DNA from: an uncultured Candidatus Saccharibacteria bacterium
Lineage (GTDB): Bacteria > Patescibacteriota > Minisyncoccia > Minisyncoccales > GBS-2
Assembly: GCA_964593405.1 (NCBI GenBank)
Contig: CAZQIO010000001.1
Coordinates: forward strand, 2,263-66,262
DNA: 64,000 nucleotides
Reading direction: 5' to 3'
Position 1 is the stretch's first letter. Every line of letters starts with the position of its first letter. A model generated the notes under the pieces. That model was not told the DNA's origin. It was given only the letters and a program-made list of their open reading frames with translations, and ran no database searches. Made by a program: the position numbers and the translations under genes. Below are positions 1 through 8,595 of the stretch, one piece after another.

Positions 1-20
1 TTATTTGATAGACTAAAAAT

Positions 21-812
21 ATGCTAGATAGAAAAAGGAAATATTTGCAGATTGCTTTTAATCGCAATTTAGAGGAAATAAAATCAATGATTTATTCTTT
101 GCCTTTGTCAGACCAAATCTTAATTGAGGTTGGATATCCTTTAATTAAAAGATACGGCGTTGAAGCAATCAGGAAAATAAGGCAATGGTGGACAGAGAAA
201 ATCTTCACTCATTTAATTGAGATTCCTTCAACTAAATCAAAATTGCTTACTCATTTTCTTATCAAATCACTTTCTAAAACATTGACGGAAGACCAAAGAG
301 AGCTAGCACAAAAAGAAACAGAAACTACCTTTGCCCCCTACATCGTTGCAGATTTAAAATGCATGGATAGAGCCTTTGCTGAAGTTGAAACTGCAAAATT
401 AGCTGGGGCTTCCGCAGTTACTTGTTTGGGGCTCGCTCCAACAGAGACAATCAATTTGTTTGTTGAAAAATGCGAAGAATTCGGGCTTGATTCAATTCTT
501 GATATGTTAAACGTTGATTATCCTTTTGAGGTTTTGCAAAAACTAAAAAGGCCACCAAAAATCATTATGCTTCATCGTGGAGTTGACGAAGGAGAAGAAA
601 ACAAAGAGAGAGAAATTCCTTATCATGAAATAGAGAGGATAAAAAGCGTTTACGATGACGTTTTAATTGCAGTTGCCGGAGGAGAAACGATTGAAGAAGT
701 TGTTCACGGAACTTTCAACGGTGCTGACATTGTGGTAGTTTGGCGACTGTTTAACGAGAATCAAGAAAACATTACAAAATTGGCCAACGAATTTCTAAAA
801 GAAATAAAATGA
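21..812 (+). CDS. 3-hexulose-6-phosphate synthase / OMP-decarboxylase-fold protein, paralog 1 (with ~45-aa insert)
   Basis: YLQIA..IEVGYPLIKRYG, ADLKCMD, DMLNV, LHRGVDE, AVAGG, GADIVVV motifs resemble the HPS domain of archaeal Fae-Hps. Confidence 0.75.
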   Translation: MLDRKRKYLQIAFNRNLEEIKSMIYSLPLSDQILIEVGYPLIKRYGVEAIRKIRQWWTEKIFTHLIEIPSTKSKLLTHFLIKSLSKTLTEDQRELAQKETETTFAPYIVADLKCMDRAFAEVETAKLAGASAVTCLGLAPTETINLFVEKCEEFGLDSILDMLNVDYPFEVLQKLKRPPKIIMLHRGVDEGEENKEREIPYHEIERIKSVYDDVLIAVAGGETIEEVVHGTFNGADIVVVWRLFNENQENITKLANEFLKEIK

Positions 813-1465
813 TTCTAACCAAAAAACAAAGATATCTTCAGATTGCTTTAAACAGCACCATTGAAGAGGCAAAGAAAATTATTGCCCAAATTCCTTTTTC
901 TGAAAGAATTTTGATTGAGGTTGGAACTCCAATGATAAAAATTTATGGCCAGAAGGCAATTTTAGAGATAAAAAACAACCTGCCCAACGGAACCTACATT
1001 GTTGCCGACACAAAATGTTCTGATTTAGCCTCAAGGGACGTAAAGATGGTGGCTGAGGCTGGGGCTCGAGCTTTAACCTGTCTTGGAGTAGCTCCAATAG
1101 AGACGATCGATAGATTTATCAGAGATTGTGAAGATTTTGGTTTAGATTCAATGATTGATATGATGAACGTAAAAGATCCGGTAAATGTTTTAAAAAAGCT
1201 AAAAAAACTTCCAAAGGTAGTGATAATTCATCGAGGAGTGGATGAAACTGAATTTTCAAAAGAAAAGCAAATTCCTTTTTATCAAATAAATCAGATCAAA
1301 AACAATTTTGATGTTTTGGTTTCAGTAGCAGGAGGGGACACTATTGAAGAAGTTCAAAGAGCAATACTTAACGGGGCCGATATCGTCGTAGTTTGGAAAG
1401 CTTTTTATCAAAGCACAAAAGAGACGGCAAAATTGGTCAATGAATTTTTAAAAGAAATCAAATAA
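809..1465 (+). CDS. 3-hexulose-6-phosphate synthase / OMP-decarboxylase-fold protein, paralog 2
   Basis: Same motifs (EVGTPMIK, ADTKCSD, HRGVDE); ATGA overlap with paralog 1; both end NEFLKEIK. Confidence 0.75.
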   Translation: MILTKKQRYLQIALNSTIEEAKKIIAQIPFSERILIEVGTPMIKIYGQKAILEIKNNLPNGTYIVADTKCSDLASRDVKMVAEAGARALTCLGVAPIETIDRFIRDCEDFGLDSMIDMMNVKDPVNVLKKLKKLPKVVIIHRGVDETEFSKEKQIPFYQINQIKNNFDVLVSVAGGDTIEEVQRAILNGADIVVVWKAFYQSTKETAKLVNEFLKEIK

Positions 1466-1476
1466 AAGCTTTTATT

Positions 1477-1795
1477 ATGGAAACTCTCAATACAAATTTT
1501 TATTCTCCTATAAATCTTTATTTTCCTTTAGTTTCTGTAGTTTTTTTGTTTTTGCTGGCTGTGTTTTTTTTGGCAACAACGAAAGGAGTTAGATAGTAAA
1601 GAAAAGGAAATTCAAAAAATTTTAGCAATAGACCCCAACAACAAAACAGCAACGGAAAAATTAGAAAAGATAAAAAGAAAAAGAAAACTTTACGCTCTTT
1701 TAGAACCTATTTTGATGATTTTTTTTGCAACAGCAATGAGCCTCTACTTTATTTTAAAAATCCTTCCTCCTATTTACCGATTACTCGGTTTTTAA
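1477..1795 (+). pseudogene. small membrane protein with TPR-like segment, frameshifted at a T8 run
   Basis: ATG 1477 frame stops at 1596; removing one T from 1564-1571 gives an open frame WQQRKE..ILAIDPNNKTATEKLEKI..TM..LLGF* to 1795. Confidence 0.55.
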
Positions 1796-1800
1796 CTTTT

Positions 1801-2065
1801 CTACTTACCAAAAATAATTTTTTGCCCTCTTTTAAGCAAATCTTTTTTAATTCCTTCCAACGACAAACCTAACAACTTGTCCAGTTCTTGCAACATCTAA
1901 TGTCTTTCTAAAACTCTCAATGTTCAAAACTCTAAACCCTCACTCCACCTACTTGTCCCCACATTCCTGTTGAAATTTCTCCACTTTCCACAATACCTGC
2001 CACAACCACTCTCTTTCCCCGCATTTCGAACACATTTTCAACTAAAAAATAGCTGACTCTGCCAT
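1801..2065 (-). pseudogene. stand-alone EF-Tu domain II-like beta-barrel protein, 3 frameshifts
   Basis: Manual reconstruction MAESAIFLVENVFEMRGKRVVVAGIVESGEISTG..VLNIESFRKTLDVARTGQVVGLSLEGIKKDLLKRGQKIIFGK matches the EF-Tu domain II pattern. Confidence 0.7.
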
Positions 2066-2077
2066 ATTCAAAATTCT

Positions 2078-2860
2078 CTATTCTCTCTTTTTTCTCTCTT
2101 CTATTAAGGATTTTAGGCCCTCCAAAATTTCTACTGGTAAAGCAAAGATTACAGTTTTTGATGGATCGGGCTGAATTTTTTCTATCGTTTCTAAAGTCCT
2201 CAAAGACAAGCCACCAGAAACAGAACTCAAAATTTCAGCTGCCTTTTTCAGGTTTTCAGCTGCTTTTACTTCTCCCTCTGATTTAATAATTATTGCTCTT
2301 TTTTCCCTCTCTGATTCTGCCTGAGCAGCCATTGCCCTCTTCATTGCCGCTGGCAATTCAATATCTTGGATTTTAATTGCCGTAATATCAATTCCCCAGG
2401 CTGCAGTTTCAGTATCGACAATTTTCTTTATTTCCGAAGCTATCTTTTCCCTTTCTGCCAGCAGGGTATCTAGTTCTACCCCACCAATGACGTCTCTTAA
2501 GGTGGCTAAGGCATATTGAGAAATGGCATAAGAATAATTTTCAACCTCCAAGACAGCATTTTCTGCTTTTTCAACCTTAAAAAAGACAACCGCATTTACT
2601 CCCACAGGAACGTTATCTTTTGTTATTGCCTCTTGCCTTGGAACATCGATCGTTGTCACTCGCATGTCAACTTTTATCATTTGTTGGATTCCAGGAAAAA
2701 TCCAGCGAAGACCGGGATTGTAGGTTCCAGTATACTTTCCCAATGTCAAAACTACTCCTCTCTCATATTGGTTGATTATTTTAAAACCCGAAGCCAAGAA
2801 AAAAATTATCAAGATTATTGACCAGAAAAGTACCGAAAAAAATACCGATTCCAGCAACAT
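2078..2860 (-). CDS. SPFH/band 7 (stomatin-like) protein
   Basis: N-terminal TM, YERGVV..LGK, TKDNV, AMAAQAESERE. Confidence 0.92.
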   Translation of the reverse strand: MLLESVFFSVLFWSIILIIFFLASGFKIINQYERGVVLTLGKYTGTYNPGLRWIFPGIQQMIKVDMRVTTIDVPRQEAITKDNVPVGVNAVVFFKVEKAENAVLEVENYSYAISQYALATLRDVIGGVELDTLLAEREKIASEIKKIVDTETAAWGIDITAIKIQDIELPAAMKRAMAAQAESEREKRAIIIKSEGEVKAAENLKKAAEILSSVSGGLSLRTLETIEKIQPDPSKTVIFALPVEILEGLKSLIEERKKRE

Positions 2861-2959
2861 AATTTCAAATTAATTATAAAAACATTTTTGTTATCGACCT
2901 TTTTACCGTTTATTTTTATAATAAAACAAAACAAAAAGAAAAGGAAGAAAAAAATCGAG

Positions 2960-3511
2960 ATGGAAAAATTAAATCAAGAAATTAGAAATTGCAAAAAATG
3001 TCCTTTGTGGAGATTGAGGAAAACTGCTGTTCCTGGAGAGGGGCCAATTGATGCAAAAATTTTTATTTGTGGTCAAGCTCCCGGGATTGAAGAAGACAAA
3101 ACAGGGAGGCCTTTTTGCGGAAGGGCAGGGAAATTTTTGGACCATTTGTTGAATTTGGCAAAAATAGAAAGGGAAAAAGTTTTTATAACTTCTCCTTTGA
3201 AATGCCTTCCCCAACCTCCCCCAAACAGAAAACCTAAAAAAGAAGAAATCGAAGCTTGCTTACCTTATTTGAAAAGACAAATTGAAATTGTGAATCCAAA
3301 ATGTTTTATTTTGCTTGGCGAAGTTGCTTTCTCAGTGTTTTTTCCGGATAAGAAATTGAAAGATTTTAGAGGAAAATTGATTGAAAAAGATGGAAAATTT
3401 TATTTTCCGACTTATCATCCTGCTGCTGGCCTGAGGTTTCCAATTTTCAAAAAGATTTTAGAGAAAGATTTCAAAAGATTAAAAAATCATCTCAAAGTTT
3501 TTACCATGTAG
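2960..3511 (+). CDS. udg: uracil-DNA glycosylase family 4
   Basis: CxxCxL Fe-S motif, GQAPG..ED..GRPF, TYHPAA; start moved to ATG 2960. Confidence 0.92.
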   Translation: MEKLNQEIRNCKKCPLWRLRKTAVPGEGPIDAKIFICGQAPGIEEDKTGRPFCGRAGKFLDHLLNLAKIEREKVFITSPLKCLPQPPPNRKPKKEEIEACLPYLKRQIEIVNPKCFILLGEVAFSVFFPDKKLKDFRGKLIEKDGKFYFPTYHPAAGLRFPIFKKILEKDFKRLKNHLKVFTM

Positions 3512-5094
3512 GTTTCTTTTAATTTGTAGCCAATTTTTCTCCAATAATCCCTTACTCCCACTCCAGAAATTGAACAAATTTTTTCCACACCAAATTCTTT
3601 TTTTGCAATTTTTTCAGCTTTTTTAATTAATTTCTTTCCTAACCCTCTGTGCTGAGGAGCTAAAATTTTTTCTCCCAAAGGGACCATTTGGCCAAAAGTT
3701 TGAATTTCCCTAATAATTGCCGCATCTTTTAAAACCTTAAAAACTGGTAAAAATTCACTATTTGGAATTCTCAATCTCAGAAAACTAAAAAGTTTTGTTC
3801 TATTTTTGTTTTCAAAACTCAAAAATATTTCTTTTCCACCAGAGGCTTCGTAATCTTCTCTGAACAAATAAATTTTCTCTTTTGGGTTGTAATTCTCTCT
3901 CACTTCTCTGCATCGAATGCATTTACACTTTAGTTTTTTATTTTTTAATTCTCTTTGGACTATTTCTCTCAAATTTGAAATTTTGCAACCTGCCACGATT
4001 TTTGTTGCCGGAATGTCCCTTTGAATTCTGGCTACTCTGACCCAGTATGGAAGAATAGATTTGATTTGGACCAAAAGCTCAATTAATTCTTTATCTGAGT
4101 AAGGTTTGTATTTTTTCTTTTTCCAAAGTTCATAAATTAAGCCTCCTTTTGTTACAACTGTTGGGTAAATTTTTATCCAATCTGGTTTGAAATTTTCATC
4201 CGAAAACAAGATTTTAAAACAATCAAAATCTTTTTTTAGATCGGAACCTAACAAATTTGGCATTAAATGGTACAAAACTTTAAATCCATAGTCTTTTAAA
4301 AGTTTTGTCGCTTTTGCAATCGTATTTTGGTTCAAACCAGTTTTGTTTTTTTCTAAAACATCATCAAAAATTGTTTGAACCCCCAACTCAACCATCGTCA
4401 CTCCAAGTTCTCTCAAAAATTTGATTTCTTTTTCGTTTATAAAGTCTGGCCTTGTTTCAATCGAAATTCCGACAATTCTGTTTTTTGCTTTCTCATTTTT
4501 CCTTTGTTCTTTTTTTAACTCCTCGAACAAATGTACCACATTATTTTGCCATGGCAATATTTTGTGGTAGAATTTATTTTCGTTTGCTGCTCTGAAACAT
4601 TCTTTGACAAACCAAATTCTGTAATTTTTTGGGTAAGCACTAAAAGTTCCTCCAACAATTCTCAATTCAATTTTGTCAGTTGGGTGCCCTTCGATCTTTA
4701 GCATTTCGATTCTTTTTTTCATTTGAAAATAAGGGTCAAAATTCAATCTCTTTGCCCTTTCTACGGCAGGTTCCCCCGACAAATAACTTTTTGGCAATCC
4801 CTTCTCTGTCGGGCAAAAAATACATTTTCCAGGGCAAAAATAAGGTTTTGTCAAAACAGAGACGTTAACAATTCCAGAGAGAGATCTTACTTTTCTCGTT
4901 TTCAAAATTTTCTCTAAGATTTTCGATCTTTTTATCCTTTTTTCGCGAAGTAATATTTGGTAAGCTTTAAATAGTTCAAAATTGCTTGGCAAAGGAATTT
5001 TAAATTCTTTGGCTATTTTCCTCTTAAAATTTGCCAAATCCCTTTCATTTTTAATTTTCTCTTTGATCAATTTTTGAACTACTTTCTCTAACAT
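3487..5094 (-). CDS. elp3: Elp3 tRNA U34 carboxymethyltransferase (radical SAM + KAT)
   Basis: RSLSGI, CPGKCIFCP, GGTF, ETRPD, RIQRDIP, CKCIRCRE, QHRGLGK. Confidence 0.93.
   Translation of the reverse strand: MLEKVVQKLIKEKIKNERDLANFKRKIAKEFKIPLPSNFELFKAYQILLREKRIKRSKILEKILKTRKVRSLSGIVNVSVLTKPYFCPGKCIFCPTEKGLPKSYLSGEPAVERAKRLNFDPYFQMKKRIEMLKIEGHPTDKIELRIVGGTFSAYPKNYRIWFVKECFRAANENKFYHKILPWQNNVVHLFEELKKEQRKNEKAKNRIVGISIETRPDFINEKEIKFLRELGVTMVELGVQTIFDDVLEKNKTGLNQNTIAKATKLLKDYGFKVLYHLMPNLLGSDLKKDFDCFKILFSDENFKPDWIKIYPTVVTKGGLIYELWKKKKYKPYSDKELIELLVQIKSILPYWVRVARIQRDIPATKIVAGCKISNLREIVQRELKNKKLKCKCIRCREVRENYNPKEKIYLFREDYEASGGKEIFLSFENKNRTKLFSFLRLRIPNSEFLPVFKVLKDAAIIREIQTFGQMVPLGEKILAPQHRGLGKKLIKKAEKIAKKEFGVEKICSISGVGVRDYWRKIGYKLKETYMVKTLR
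4529..4574. repeat. palindromic element, copy A (inside elp3)
   Basis: ccacattattttgccatggcaatattttgtgg core; 39/46 identical to 24870-24915. Confidence 0.85.
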
Positions 5095-5788
5095 GGAAAA
5101 AAGTTTTGCTGAATATTTATTGCGAAAGACTCAATTAGATTATGACACAATTTCTGAAGAATTTTCAGCTACCAGAAGAGAAATTTGGGAGGAAATGAAA
5201 TTTTTGTTTGATTTTTTAAAAAAAGGAGATAGGGTTTTGGATTTGGGTTGCGGAAACGGAAGATGGTACCCCCTTTTTAAAGAAAAAGAAGTTGATTATT
5301 TTGGGGTTGATTTTTCTGAAAAGTTAGTGGCAATTGCCAAAAAAACTTTTCCCGAAGCCAAATTTTTAGTTGCCAACGCCCTTTCTCTGCCTTTTGAAAA
5401 CCATTTTTTTGATAAAATATATTCAATTGCGGTATTGCATCAAATTCCCTCTTTTGATTTTAGAATTCAGTTTTTAAAAGAGTGCAAAAGAGTTTTAAAA
5501 CCTGAAGGAATTTTAATTTTGACAGTTTGGAAAATTTATCGACCAAAAGAGATGCTGCTTTTGTTAAAGTATACAATTTTGAAGATTTTGGGAAAGTCAA
5601 AATTGGATTTCAAAGATATTTTTGAACCCTGGGGCAAAAAAATTCAAAGGTACTATCATTGCTTTTCAAAAAGGGAGTTGGAAAATTTAGTAAAAAAAGC
5701 TGGCTTTGAAATTTTAAAATCTGGTTTGGTAAAAAACAAAAAGGGAAACAGAAAAAATTTTTTTGTTGTTTGCAAAAAGCCCTCGTAG
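5093..5788 (+). CDS. SAM-dependent methyltransferase, Trm9/ALKBH8-MT-like
   Basis: YDTISEEFSATR..W, DLGCGNGR, SIAVLH, LKPEG..TVW, RYYHCF..EL follow the Trm9 family pattern. Confidence 0.75.
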   Translation: MEKSFAEYLLRKTQLDYDTISEEFSATRREIWEEMKFLFDFLKKGDRVLDLGCGNGRWYPLFKEKEVDYFGVDFSEKLVAIAKKTFPEAKFLVANALSLPFENHFFDKIYSIAVLHQIPSFDFRIQFLKECKRVLKPEGILILTVWKIYRPKEMLLLLKYTILKILGKSKLDFKDIFEPWGKKIQRYYHCFSKRELENLVKKAGFEILKSGLVKNKKGNRKNFFVVCKKPS

Positions 5789-5850
5789 TTTAATGGAAAA
5801 AACAGGGGCCTCCGGAGCCCCAGATGCTGGTTCGATTCCAGCCGAGGGCA
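5779..5850 (+). tRNA. tRNA-Arg(CCG)
   Basis: Cloverleaf: GCCCTCG/CGAGGGC acceptor, ggggc-ctCCGga-gcccc anticodon arm, GGTTCGATTCC T arm; no encoded CCA. Confidence 0.95.
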
Positions 5851-5851
5851 C

Positions 5852-5879
5852 TTGACACAAAAACTTTTTTTGATAAAAA
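5852..5879 (+). promoter_or_regulatory. sigma70-type promoter
   Basis: TTGACA at 5852, TGn-TAAAAA at 5871-5879, 16-bp spacer. Confidence 0.55.
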
Positions 5880-5885
5880 AGGGTT

Positions 5886-6015
5886 TGAGGGGGTGCGGCC
5901 CAAAGTGGCCTAGGGTAAAGCAATTCTAGCGAAGGAGGCAAACGAGCCTAGGCATTTCTGAAGCCCCAGAAATGGAATTCCAAGTTTGCCGAATTCGCTA
6001 GGTTGCTCCCCCTCA
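5886..6015 (+). ncRNA. unclassified structured RNA (~130 nt)
   Basis: GC-rich intergenic stretch with nested helices tgagggggtgcggcc/ggttgctccccctca, ctagcgaa/ttcgctag, ggcaaac/gtttgcc, catttctg/cagaaatg; promoter upstream, T run downstream. Confidence 0.6.
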
Positions 6016-6038
6016 TTTTTTATTGGTAAAATGAAATT

Positions 6039-6617
6039 ATGAGAAACAAAGAAAAATTTGAGATTGCAGTTTCTGGAGCAGCAAAGATTGAGCATTGTTG
6101 CAAAGAAATAGTTGAGCTTTGTGAAGAAGTAGGAAAAGAAATTGCAAAGCAAAATTGCAACTTAGTTACTGGAGCCACTACTGGAGTTCCTTATTTGGTG
6201 GCAAAGGCTTGCAAAAACGCTGGAGGTTTTGTCATTGGCTTTTCTCCAGCAGCAACCGAAGAAGCCCATGTTAAAGTTTACAAACTTCCAACAGATGTTT
6301 TTGATGTAATAGTTTATACTGGCGCAGATTACACAGGAAGGAATGTGATCATGACAAAATCGGCAGATGGAGTAATAATAATTTGCGGGAGAATGGGAAC
6401 TTTGCACGAATTTGCCACTGCTTTCGAACTCCAAAAGCCAATTGGAGTTTTGGAGGGAAGCGGGGGAACGGCAGATAAAATAAGAAAGATTGCAACCGGT
6501 CCTTACAGAGGGGTAAAAAAGATAATTTATGAAAGAGACCCAAAAAAATTGGTTAGAAAATTGATCGAGGCAATTAAAAAAGAAAAAGCAAAAAACAAAA
6601 AAGGTCGAAAAAAATAA
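6039..6617 (+). CDS. LOG/SLOG family protein (TIGR00725-like)
   Basis: LVTGATTG, GRNVIM, GRMGTLHEF, KPIGVL. Confidence 0.85.
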   Translation: MRNKEKFEIAVSGAAKIEHCCKEIVELCEEVGKEIAKQNCNLVTGATTGVPYLVAKACKNAGGFVIGFSPAATEEAHVKVYKLPTDVFDVIVYTGADYTGRNVIMTKSADGVIIICGRMGTLHEFATAFELQKPIGVLEGSGGTADKIRKIATGPYRGVKKIIYERDPKKLVRKLIEAIKKEKAKNKKGRKK

Positions 6618-6625
6618 AATAAAAA

Positions 6626-6886
6626 ATGGAAGAAATTACAGAGGGAAAATTAATCGGTAGAGTAACCCATTATTTTGGGAAAATTGGGGTTGCGGTCATT
6701 GAACTTCAAGACACATTAAGAGTTGGAGATAAAATAAGAATTGTTGGGGGAGAAACAGATTTTTCTCAAACAGTAGAATCGATGGAAATCGAACATCAAA
6801 AAGTAAATGAAGCAAAGGCTGGAGATTCGGTCGGACTTAAGGTTTTGCAAAAAGTTAGGGAAGGATACAAAGTTTACAAATTGTGA
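6626..6886 (+). CDS. small EF-Tu domain II-like / U32 C-terminal-like beta-barrel protein
   Basis: IGRVTHYFGKIGVAV..LRVGD..VESMEIEHQKVNEAKAGDSVGLKV. Confidence 0.8.
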   Translation: MEEITEGKLIGRVTHYFGKIGVAVIELQDTLRVGDKIRIVGGETDFSQTVESMEIEHQKVNEAKAGDSVGLKVLQKVREGYKVYKL

Positions 6887-7296
6887 CAAAAGAAGTTATC
6901 TTGAAACTTTTTTTATCTCTTTTTTTGGGAGCTTTAGTAGGTTTAGAGAGAGAACTTAAAAGAAAAGGTGCTGGCCTCCAAACCTACTCTTTAGTTTGTT
7001 TGGGTTCTTGTCTTTTTTCAGTAATTGCTTTTTCTTTGGCCAAACTCAAAATTATCGATCCTTCTGTGATTTTAATGGCAATTGCTGTTGGTATGGGTTT
7101 CATTGGTGGGGGTGCAATTTCTAGAGGAGAAAATCAAATCGTCGGTTTGACAACCGCTGCCGGTCTTTGGGCAGTTGCTGCAATAGGATTAGCAGTTGGA
7201 GCAGGATTTTATTTTTTGGCATTTTTGGCAACCATTTTTGTGCTGATAATTTTGGCTGGTTTTGGCAGGCTAGAAGAAAAAATCTTCAAAAAATAA
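6883..7296 (+). CDS. MgtC/SapB family membrane protein
   Basis: GLERE..AGLQT, GMGFIGGG, GLTTAAGLW. Confidence 0.9.
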   Translation: MTKEVILKLFLSLFLGALVGLERELKRKGAGLQTYSLVCLGSCLFSVIAFSLAKLKIIDPSVILMAIAVGMGFIGGGAISRGENQIVGLTTAAGLWAVAAIGLAVGAGFYFLAFLATIFVLIILAGFGRLEEKIFKK

Positions 7297-7334
7297 TTCG
7301 CATATTCGTAAAAAATTCGTCATTCGTAGATTTT

Positions 7335-8582
7335 ATGGAATTTGTTGCGGATTTTCATTTGCACTCAAAGTATTCAAGAGCGACTTCTCAAAGGATGGAT
7401 TTGGAAAATTTGGATAAATGGGCAAAGATAAAAGGAATTTTGGTTTTGGGAACCGGCGATTTTACACACCCTTTTTGGTTTCAAGAATTGAAAAATAAAT
7501 TAGAACCAGCAGAGCCTGGGCTTTTTAAATTGAAAAATTCAAACTCCCAAACTCGCTTTTTGTTGACAACAGAAGTCTCTTGCGTTTTTCAAAGAAAAAA
7601 CCAAGTCAAAAAAGTTCACTTGATAATTTTTTCTCCCTCTTTCGAAATTTGTGAAAAAATAAACAATGCAATTTCAAAATACGGAGATTTATCAGCAGAT
7701 GGCAGGCCAACTTTGAATTTGGATGCGAAAGAATTGGTAAAGCTTGTCTTAACTATTTCTCAGGATTGTTTAATCGTTCCTGCCCATGCCTGGACTCCTT
7801 GGTTTTCGGTTTTTGGTTCCCGTTCTGGATTTAATTCATTAGAAGAATGTTTTGAAGATTGGACAGAATACATCTATTCAATAGAAACTGGCCTTTCTAG
7901 CAATCCTGAAATGAATTGGCGACTTTCAGCTTTAGATAAAGTCACTTTAATTTCTTGTTCTGATGCCCACTCTCCAGAACATATTGGTAGAGAAGCGAAC
8001 GCTTTCAATACTCAATTGGATTATTTTTCAATCGTTGATGCAATAAAGAAAAAAGACAAAGAAAAATTTTTGTATACGATAGAATTCTTTCCAGAGGAAG
8101 GGAAATACCATTATGACGGCCACAGAAATTGTGGCATCTCTTTGCATCCAAAAGAAACAAAAAAATACAATGGAATTTGCCCTGTTTGTGGAAAACCCTT
8201 AACGATCGGTGTTTTAAACAGAGTTGAACAATTGGCAGACAGACCAGAAGGATTTGTTCCAGAAAATGCCATTCCTTTCAAAAGTTTAGTTCCCCTAGAA
8301 GAAATCATTGCCGATGCAATTTCTCAAAATCCCGGAACTTCAGAAGTTAAAAAACACTACCAAAATTTGATTTTAAATTTTGGAAACGAGTTTAATGTTT
8401 TACTCAAGACAAAAAGAGAAGATTTAGAGAGAGCTTCTTTGCCAGAAATTGCTGAGGGAATCTTGAGAGTTAGAGAGGGAAAAATTTTCATTGAACCAGG
8501 TTTCGATGGAGTTTACGGAAAGATTAAAATTTTCTCAAACAAAGAGAAAACGAAAGCTTTGCAACAAGGCACATTGTTTTGA
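7335..8582 (+). CDS. endonuclease Q family (PHP domain + Zn finger)
   Basis: ADFHLHSKYSRATS, GTGDFTHP, PAHAWTPW, SDAHS, GKYHYDGHRNC..CPVCGK; start at ATG 7335. Confidence 0.9.
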   Translation: MEFVADFHLHSKYSRATSQRMDLENLDKWAKIKGILVLGTGDFTHPFWFQELKNKLEPAEPGLFKLKNSNSQTRFLLTTEVSCVFQRKNQVKKVHLIIFSPSFEICEKINNAISKYGDLSADGRPTLNLDAKELVKLVLTISQDCLIVPAHAWTPWFSVFGSRSGFNSLEECFEDWTEYIYSIETGLSSNPEMNWRLSALDKVTLISCSDAHSPEHIGREANAFNTQLDYFSIVDAIKKKDKEKFLYTIEFFPEEGKYHYDGHRNCGISLHPKETKKYNGICPVCGKPLTIGVLNRVEQLADRPEGFVPENAIPFKSLVPLEEIIADAISQNPGTSEVKKHYQNLILNFGNEFNVLLKTKREDLERASLPEIAEGILRVREGKIFIEPGFDGVYGKIKIFSNKEKTKALQQGTLF

Positions 8583-8595
8583 GTTTATTTTTTAA

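Noticed and set aside
5886-6015. SRP RNA, RNase P RNA or a known riboswitch
   Set aside because: No SRP helix-8 motif, no GAGGAAAGUCC, no aptamer consensus that I recognise; left unclassified
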